DNA from: a bacterium
Lineage (GTDB): Bacteria; UBA8248
Assembly: GCA_965261085.1 (NCBI GenBank)
Contig: OZ253442.1
Span: 1,920,001-1,984,000, forward strand
Length of the DNA: 64,000 bases
Direction: 5' to 3'
The stretch's first letter is position 1; each line of letters begins with the position of its first letter. The notes under the pieces are model-generated. The model was given only the letters and a program-made list of their open reading frames with translations. It made no database searches and had not been told where the DNA came from. Of this stretch, positions 57,602 through 64,000 are shown piece after piece. Position numbers and translations under genes: made by a program.

Positions 57602-58552
57602 TTACGCGATGCTGTCGCGGCGGTAGTAGTCGGTGAACCAGTGGGGGTTTTCGCGGTATTCCACCTGGCCGTCGGGGTGGATGCGCGCGGTGGCGCGCCT
57701 GAGCGCGAAGCACTGGTGGTGGATCGAGATGGGCATGCCGCCCGTGTGGGTGTAGGCCACCTCGATGTGGGTGTCCATCACCGCGCCCTCGCCCTTGAAG
57801 CCCATGGGGCCGAGGCTCGTTCTCTTGCCGAGGTCGGTCAGCTCTTCTTCCAGTTTCGCGATCTCGGGGTCGGTGTTCCTGTCCCCCACCACGCGCAGGC
57901 AGGCCGCTTCCTTGGCGAGGCGCACGCAGGTGTCTTTCGTTCCGCCGATGCCGATTCCCACGATGGCAGGCTGACAGGAGAGGCCGCGCTTGAAGAACTC
58001 GCTGATGACGTCTAAGAAAAAGCGCTTGATGCCGTCGATCCCGTCCGTGGGGAAGAGCATCCGGTAGTCCCCGCCGAAAAGACCCCCCTTGTGGAAGCTC
58101 GTGAGCTCTATCCAGTCGGCGTCCGGCTCCCAGGAATAATCCACCGTGGGGGCGTGCATCCCTACGTTGTTGTTGTAGTCGTGCCGGGTGATGGGGTGCA
58201 CGCGGTTCGGACGCAGGGGCACGCGCTCGGTGGCGTCCGCCGTTGCCTGACGGACCGAGCGCTCGAGCGCCACGAAACCGCCCTCGATGGCCGCGTCGTT
58301 TCCGACTTTCGCATAGAAGCGCGGAAGCCCCGTGTCGGCGCACATGGGGCGCTGCTCGTCCACGGCGACCTTGTAGTTGTTGACGATTTCGAGAAGCACG
58401 AATTTAGACAGTTTCTCGGTCTCTCGCTCGGCCATGTCGGCGATGGAATCGCCCACGTCCTTGGGTATCCCGATGGCGGCGCGGCGGTTGAGTTCGAAGG
58501 CCACTTCTCTGATCAGTTCGCTGCTGATGGCTTGCGTTTCGACAGTCGGCAT
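57602..58552 (-). CDS. class I fumarate hydratase / tartrate dehydratase alpha subunit
   Basis: PMCADTG, LRPN, KGG, CQPAIVGIGIGG, LGPMGFKG, HQCFALRR. Confidence 0.88.
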   Translation of the reverse strand: MPTVETQAISSELIREVAFELNRRAAIGIPKDVGDSIADMAERETEKLSKFVLLEIVNNYKVAVDEQRPMCADTGLPRFYAKVGNDAAIEGGFVALERSVRQATADATERVPLRPNRVHPITRHDYNNNVGMHAPTVDYSWEPDADWIELTSFHKGGLFGGDYRMLFPTDGIDGIKRFFLDVISEFFKRGLSCQPAIVGIGIGGTKDTCVRLAKEAACLRVVGDRNTDPEIAKLEEELTDLGKRTSLGPMGFKGEGAVMDTHIEVAYTHTGGMPISIHHQCFALRRATARIHPDGQVEYRENPHWFTDYYRRDSIA

Positions 58553-58571
58553 TTTGTTGTCCTCCCCGCGT

Positions 58572-59423
58572 TCATGCGCCGGGCGCGCGGCCCCGGAAGA
58601 TGGATGCGGCGAATTGTTTGACGCCGCCCGATACGGCGCGGCGCTTGAGGCCCTTGATGGCGCCAGTGGGGCTGATGCCCTTGGGACAGCTCTCCGTGCA
58701 GTTGTATTGCGAGTGACAGCGCCAGGCGCCGTCTTCGGTGCAAACCTCCAAAAGCCTCTTATCGCCCAGGGCGTCTCTGCTGTCGTTCACGAGCGTGTAG
58801 GCGCGATTTAACGCCGCAGGCCCCAGGTAGTCACTATCATGCCCTACAATAGAGCAAGAAGCATAGCAGATGCCACAGGTGATGCACTCGATGTGCGGCT
58901 CGATGCGCTTTCGCTCACGCGAGTTGGGCGGGATGAGCGCAGGCGCTTTCTCCGCCGCCTTCGTGGGTTCGAGCCAGCCGCGCGCTTTTTTCATTTTTTC
59001 GAAAAACGCAGACATGTCGACCACCAGATCGCTCAAGACCGGGAAATTGGTGAGCGGCTCGAGCGTCACCTCATCGCCAAGGCCTTCGAGCCGCGTCCTG
59101 CACGCCCAGGCGGGGCGTCCGTTGATTTTGAGCGCGCAGGTGCCGCACATGCCCACCCGGCAGGAGTAGCGAAACGAGAGCGTGGCGTCCTGCCCACTCT
59201 GGACGGCGACCAGGGCGTCCAGTACCGTCATGCGCGGGCCTGTTTCGACTTCGAATACATCCACGCGCTCATTCGGATCATCCGCAGCACCTCCACGGCG
59301 GATTTTCACTCGCACGCTCGGGCGCTTTTCAGGCTTTGGTTCCGGGGCCTCTTTTTCTGGAGCCGGCTCGTCTTGCGCCTGTTCTTCCTGCGCTTCTTCT
59401 CTTACTTGCGCGTCTTCGCTCAC
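58572..59423 (-). CDS. succinate dehydrogenase/fumarate reductase iron-sulfur subunit
   Basis: FRYSCRVGMCGTC, CITCGICYASC, CHSQYNCTESCPKG; GTG start overlaps the upstream stop. Confidence 0.93.
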   Translation of the reverse strand: MSEDAQVREEAQEEQAQDEPAPEKEAPEPKPEKRPSVRVKIRRGGAADDPNERVDVFEVETGPRMTVLDALVAVQSGQDATLSFRYSCRVGMCGTCALKINGRPAWACRTRLEGLGDEVTLEPLTNFPVLSDLVVDMSAFFEKMKKARGWLEPTKAAEKAPALIPPNSRERKRIEPHIECITCGICYASCSIVGHDSDYLGPAALNRAYTLVNDSRDALGDKRLLEVCTEDGAWRCHSQYNCTESCPKGISPTGAIKGLKRRAVSGGVKQFAASIFRGRAPGA

Positions 59424-59767
59424 GACATGAATCTCCAGTATTCCTTGTGCATGAAGGCCAGCCAGAAGAAAGCGGCCACGCCCACCAAGCACAGCACCCA
59501 CAAGAGTTTTCTCTGGTGGCGATCCGGAAAGCCGAAGTCGGTCAGAATCACCTTGATGCCGTGCATGGCGTGCCAGACGACGAGCGCGAGCATGGTGATT
59601 CTCACCGAATCGATGTAGGGGTTCATCACGTGGATCGGGAAGAGGACGATGAGCGCCAAGGCCGAGATTCTCTGCAGCACCCAGGACCACATGCCCGGAT
59701 ACATCGACCGCCATGCGCTGATCTTCCAGACGGATGGCTTGTTGGTGGGGTCGTTCGCGCTCGTCAT
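59420..59767 (-). CDS. succinate dehydrogenase cytochrome b-type membrane anchor
   Basis: GMWSWVLQRISA, HAMHGIK.IL.D; three hydrophobic segments. Confidence 0.8.
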   Translation of the reverse strand: MTSANDPTNKPSVWKISAWRSMYPGMWSWVLQRISALALIVLFPIHVMNPYIDSVRITMLALVVWHAMHGIKVILTDFGFPDRHQRKLLWVLCLVGVAAFFWLAFMHKEYWRFMS

Positions 59768-59792
59768 CTTTTGCCTTCGCTCCGCATTGTCG

Positions 59793-61526
59793 TCAGTCGA
59801 TGAAATTGGGATCGGGCGCCCCGAGGGCGGCCGGTTCCACCTTCGGGTTCAGGCGGTTGAACGTGACGGGTTTCCGCTCGATGACCGCCGCCGTACCCTC
59901 TCGTTTCATGTAGACGTTGTAGAGGTCCTCATCCTGCGTCTCGGGGCAATCATCGCGGTAGTGGCTGCCCCGGCTCTCGTCGCGCTCGAGCGCCGAATAG
60001 GCGATGAGTTCCGCGACGCAGACCTGGTTCCTCACGTCGAGCGTGTGCTGCCAGGCGAGGTTATAGGCGCGCTCGCCCTCCGCGCGGGCGTCGGCTGCGC
60101 GTCTCTTCAAGTCCAGAAGTTTCCGGATACCGCTCTGGATGTCGGTTCCGTTTCTCCTTAGGCCCACTTTATTCCACATCGTCTCCTTGAGTTCCGCCCT
60201 GATGGGGTAGGGCGATTCGCCTTCGCCCAGCGCATCCAGCGTGTTCGCCTCCGCTGCCGCGAGCGCCTCCGCGTCATAGGGGAGGAGGGGAGAATCCGCT
60301 GCTTCCTCGGCCATCGTCTCGCCCGCTATCTCGCCGAACACCGTGGCGTTCGCCACCCCGTTTCCGCCCAGGCGGTTCGCGCCGTGCGTGCCGCCTGCGT
60401 CCTCACCCGCGGCGTAAAGCCCCACTAAATTCGTGCGGCAACTGGTGTCTATCTTCACGCCGCCCATCATGTAATGCGCGGTGGGGGTCACCTCCACGGG
60501 GCCGCTCAGGAGGTCGTAGCCCAGATCGGCGCAGCGCTCGACCATGCCCTTGAAATTCTTGCGCACGAAGGCGCGTCCCAAATGGCTCACGTCGATGAAC
60601 ACGCCGCCGCGCTCCGTGCCCCTGCCCTCGATAATTTCGGTGTAGCCCGCGCGCGAGACGACGTCGCGCGTGGCGCGCTCCATGCGCTCGGGGTCGTAGC
60701 GCTCCATGTAGCGCTCGCCCGCCGCGTTCTTGAGGTGTCCGCCCGCGCCGCGCAGGCCCTCTTCGAGCAGTGTGCCGGTTATCTGGAGACCGTCTCCCGT
60801 GAGGATGCCCGTCGGGTGGAACTGCACCATCTCCATGTCGCAAAAAGAAGCGCCCGCCTCCCAAGCGATGGCCATGCCGTCGGTGGCGAGTTCCTGCGCG
60901 CAGGCGGAGATTTTATAAAGCGTGGGGCCGCCGCCCGTGGCGAGGAGCGTGCATTTCGCGTTCACGGCGATGAACTCCCCGTTTTGGATGTCGAGCAGCA
61001 GCGCGCCCGCGACCCGCTCGGGTTCGCGCCTTGCGGGCAAAAGCGCCACCGCGCGCGCTTCTTCCAGCACGTCCACCCCGCGCCTGACGAGTTGCTCCGC
61101 GACGCGGTTTGTGAGTTCGATGCCCGTCAGATCGCCCTTGTGCACCGTGCGATCGAAACTCTGGCCAGCGAAGGCTTTCTGGTGGATAGTGCCGTCCTCG
61201 TTGCGGTCGAAAAAACAGCCGCACACGGTTTCGAGCCGCTCCACGCAGCCGGGCGCGCGGCTCACGAGCGTCCAGGCGAGTTCCTGATCGTTAATCCACG
61301 CCCCGCCCTTCAAGGTGTCGAGAAAATGGTTTTCCACCGAGTCGGTTTCGGCGAGGGCGACGTTGTAGCCGCCTTGCACCATGCGCGTGCAGCCGCTTTT
61401 CCCAAATAAACCCTTGACCGCCACGGTGATGTCTAAGGCGGGGTTTTGGGTGTGCGCGGCGAGTGCGGCCAGGAGGCCCGCCCCGCCTGAGCCTAGGATG
61501 AGGATGTCCGTCTTCATCGTGCGCAA
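59793..61526 (-). CDS. SdhA/FrdA/TfrA-like flavoprotein subunit
   Basis: LGSGGAG, KSGCTRMVQGG, MVQFHPTG, EGLRGAG, RDVVSR, AHYMMGG, HGANRLGGN, ESRGSH. Confidence 0.92.
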   Translation of the reverse strand: MRTMKTDILILGSGGAGLLAALAAHTQNPALDITVAVKGLFGKSGCTRMVQGGYNVALAETDSVENHFLDTLKGGAWINDQELAWTLVSRAPGCVERLETVCGCFFDRNEDGTIHQKAFAGQSFDRTVHKGDLTGIELTNRVAEQLVRRGVDVLEEARAVALLPARREPERVAGALLLDIQNGEFIAVNAKCTLLATGGGPTLYKISACAQELATDGMAIAWEAGASFCDMEMVQFHPTGILTGDGLQITGTLLEEGLRGAGGHLKNAAGERYMERYDPERMERATRDVVSRAGYTEIIEGRGTERGGVFIDVSHLGRAFVRKNFKGMVERCADLGYDLLSGPVEVTPTAHYMMGGVKIDTSCRTNLVGLYAAGEDAGGTHGANRLGGNGVANATVFGEIAGETMAEEAADSPLLPYDAEALAAAEANTLDALGEGESPYPIRAELKETMWNKVGLRRNGTDIQSGIRKLLDLKRRAADARAEGERAYNLAWQHTLDVRNQVCVAELIAYSALERDESRGSHYRDDCPETQDEDLYNVYMKREGTAAVIERKPVTFNRLNPKVEPAALGAPDPNFID

Positions 61527-61780
61527 AGGGATGGTTCCTCAAGTGAATCGAAAGGTTATTTCCACGAAATCAGAATGCCACACCGGATGGGCGCGAACAA
61601 GCAATATCAAAAATAGGGGGACGTGAGGGAGACTGGTTGAAATTCTTTCGGGCGGGCGGCAATGCAGACCCGCTCCACAACCGAGGCCATCATGCCGGCC
61701 GAGCCGTATTTCAATTTTTGAGGATGGCGGTGGCGCAGTTACGCCTCACATTCCGGCGAAGCTACGGCGGCCGATCCGTA

Positions 61781-62464
61781 TCAAAGCTTCTCCAGGATGA
61801 TGACGCGGCGACCCTCCGTCCAGCGGCGCGCGAAGCCGAAGTGCGCCTCAACCCACGCGAAAGTCTCCAGCCGATAGAAGCAAAGATGGGTGAAATCGCG
61901 CCTATAGTGCCAGTTGTCGGCGAAGAGCGCCTCATCCCAGAACGCCGTCATGACGCCCAGGAGACCGCCCGTTTTGAGGTTTTCATATATCTGTTCGATC
62001 TCCTCCCTCGGGTGTCTCAAGTGCTCGAACGTCTCACTCGATGCGATGAAATCAAAAGGCCCCTCGGGAGTTTCCGGGAAAAAATAGGGGTCGTATGGCA
62101 GGCACTTGATTCCTGCGTCGGCGAGGAGTTCACACAAGACGGGGCGTCCATCGGATGCCGGACCTGCCCCGAAATCAAGCCCACGCGCGCCTTCGCGCAG
62201 CATTCCCGCCAGAGGGTCGCTCAACTGCTTGAGAAAGGCGACGTAGCCCTCATCGGAGCCTGAGTTCTGGTGCTGCTCGTATCTCGCCTTTTCTTGATCG
62301 GGCGCGGGCCAGTATTCAGGCGGCACGAAAATGAGGCGGCAGACGGGGCAATGCGCATAATCCCTCCCATCGGCGTGAAGATAGAGCCCGGCCTCGCTCG
62401 CCCCGCACAGGGGGCAGATTTTATTCGGCTCGTCCTTCGGGGTATGGCGTTTTGTGTCGGCCAT
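61781..62464 (-). CDS. class I SAM-dependent methyltransferase with N-terminal zinc ribbon
   Basis: CPLC..CPVC, LDFGAGP, YDPYF, ETFEH, DFTHLCF. Confidence 0.85.
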   Translation of the reverse strand: MADTKRHTPKDEPNKICPLCGASEAGLYLHADGRDYAHCPVCRLIFVPPEYWPAPDQEKARYEQHQNSGSDEGYVAFLKQLSDPLAGMLREGARGLDFGAGPASDGRPVLCELLADAGIKCLPYDPYFFPETPEGPFDFIASSETFEHLRHPREEIEQIYENLKTGGLLGVMTAFWDEALFADNWHYRRDFTHLCFYRLETFAWVEAHFGFARRWTEGRRVIILEKL

Positions 62465-62714
62465 TAGGAAACTCATCTCGGCGGGTGAAGGCGATGGCGA
62501 TGATGCGGGGCCTGATGGGCGGCGCGCATCGGAAGCGATTTTATCCCTCCTGTGCGCGCTCGACAATGAGGCGCATCCGGCGCGCTCCTCGCCTCGGGTC
62601 GAAATATCGCCCCTCGTATTGACACCCCCATGCGCCATCCCCTAGCTTGGGGCGCTTTCATGAGAGAGGCGCAAATCGCCGCGCTATGTTTTATGACGCC
62701 AAAGGAACACTGGC

Positions 62715-63479
62715 TTGATACTCGATAAATTTCGTCTGGACGGAAAAGTGGCCCTGGTGACGGGCGCGGGCACGGGCTTGGGCGCTGCGATGGCGCTGGG
62801 TCTGGCGGAAGCGGGCGCCGCCGTGGCCGTTTTGGGCAGGCGTGAGGGTCTGGTGGAGCAGACGGCGCGCTGTATTGAAGACTTGGGACGCCGCGCGCTC
62901 GCCATCGGGGCGGACGTCACGAGTGCAGAAGACGTGGCGCGCGCCGTAGCCCGGACGGAAGAGACACTCGGCGGGGTGGACGTTTTGATCAACGGAGCGG
63001 GCGTTATGAACGCCGACCCGAGTGTGGATGTGAGGCCTGAGGATTTCCGTTTCGTCGTCGACGTGAACCTGACGGGTGCTTTTCTGTGCGCACAGGCCGT
63101 GGGGCGGGGGATGCTCGCGCGAGGTTCCGGCAGCATCGTGAACGTGGGCACGTTCCTGGGTGAGCGGGGCCACAGACCCGCGCGCGCGGCGTATAGCGCG
63201 AGTAAATACGGCGTCCTGGGACTCACGAAAGCGCTGGCGGCGGAGTGGGGGGCGCAGGGCGTTCGCGTGAACTGCATCTGCCCGGGCGTGCACCGCACGC
63301 CGATGCTGGCGCCCGCGCTCGAAGATCCGAGCGTCGAGAAATGGCTCAAGGAAAAGACGATGCTCGGCCGCATGGGCGAGCCCGAGGACATCGTGGGCCT
63401 GGCGGTTTTTCTGGCGTCCGACGCTTCTGCGTACATTACGGGCGAGAGTATCTTTGAAGATGGAGGGGGATGGCTGTAA
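62715..63479 (+). CDS. SDR family oxidoreductase
   Basis: TGAGTGLG, NGAG, YSASK, VRVNCICPG. Confidence 0.93.
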   Translation: MILDKFRLDGKVALVTGAGTGLGAAMALGLAEAGAAVAVLGRREGLVEQTARCIEDLGRRALAIGADVTSAEDVARAVARTEETLGGVDVLINGAGVMNADPSVDVRPEDFRFVVDVNLTGAFLCAQAVGRGMLARGSGSIVNVGTFLGERGHRPARAAYSASKYGVLGLTKALAAEWGAQGVRVNCICPGVHRTPMLAPALEDPSVEKWLKEKTMLGRMGEPEDIVGLAVFLASDASAYITGESIFEDGGGWL

Positions 63480-63495
63480 ATCCCGATAAAAAACG

Positions 63496-64000
63496 ATGGC
63501 GGATCTCAGGGCGATTATATTCGATTTCGACGGCACCATCGCGGACAGCGAGCCGCTCCACCTGGCGGCGTTTCAGGCGGTGCTATCAGAGGAACTGGAC
63601 CTGGATTTGACGGAAGAGGAATACGCCGAGCGCTATCTCGCGTTCGACGACAGGCTCCTGTTCACCCACGTGCTGAACGATCGCGGCGTGGCGGTCGACC
63701 CCGATCGTTTCGAGCAGCTTTTAGAACAAAAAGAAGCGCGCTACCAGGAAATCGCTCTTGCGCCGCAGATTCTGCCCGGCGCCGCGGAGATGATACGCGC
63801 TGCCGCCGGCCACTGGCCCCTCGCCATCGCGAGCGGGGCGCTGGGTCACGAGGTGCGGCCCGTGCTCGAACGGGTGGGTCTGATAGATTGTTTCCCGATC
63901 ATCGTGACGGCGGAGATGGTGGGTCGCGGAAAACCGGACCCTGAGAGTTTTCTGACTGCGCTTACGCGGATAAACGAGAACTTGGCTGTGCCGGTTCCGG
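63496..64000 (+). CDS. HAD family phosphatase (partial, runs off window)
   Basis: MADLRAIIFDFDGTIADSEP, IASG, GKPDPE. Confidence 0.9.
   Translation, partial: MADLRAIIFDFDGTIADSEPLHLAAFQAVLSEELDLDLTEEEYAERYLAFDDRLLFTHVLNDRGVAVDPDRFEQLLEQKEARYQEIALAPQILPGAAEMIRAAAGHWPLAIASGALGHEVRPVLERVGLIDCFPIIVTAEMVGRGKPDPESFLTALTRINENLAVPVP

Noticed and set aside
1-64000. Global UGA reassignment (genetic code 4 or 25)
   Set aside because: Many genes end at TGA at the expected family C-terminus and Trp uses TGG; internal TGAs occur only at catalytic Cys positions.

Overview
Gene-dense bacterial chromosomal window with about 60 CDS and one tRNA-Val(CAC). The mix of REP-like palindromes, RTX proteins and many catabolic paralogs resembles uncultured marine or symbiont genomes, but taxonomy is inference only. 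Core content: priA, threonine dehydratase, metX, hpnCDE squalene genes, ilvD, a sirtuin, three tandem acetamidase paralogs, a siroheme sulfite/nitrite reductase operon, leuCD-like genes, an M16 peptidase pair and a fumarate hydratase/Sdh-Tfr-like operon. An accessory island (~37.5-48 kb) holds an MmeI-like type IIL R-M gene, a HEPN-like gene, RTX genes between IS1182-like ends and palindromic repeats. The main result, missed by the ORF track, is three genes with an in-frame TGA exactly at the catalytic Cys, each followed 11-15 nt later by a hairpin, i.e. three probable selenoproteins: DsbA-like UPFC, DsbA-like CYVUPYA, and a DUF442/PTP-fold protein with H-U-x5-R. Also notable are a NUDIX-HpnC-HpnD triple fusion, a MetX-NIL fusion and two paralogous membrane-anchored tandem-repeat proteins. 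All calls come from motif reading; no searches were run.
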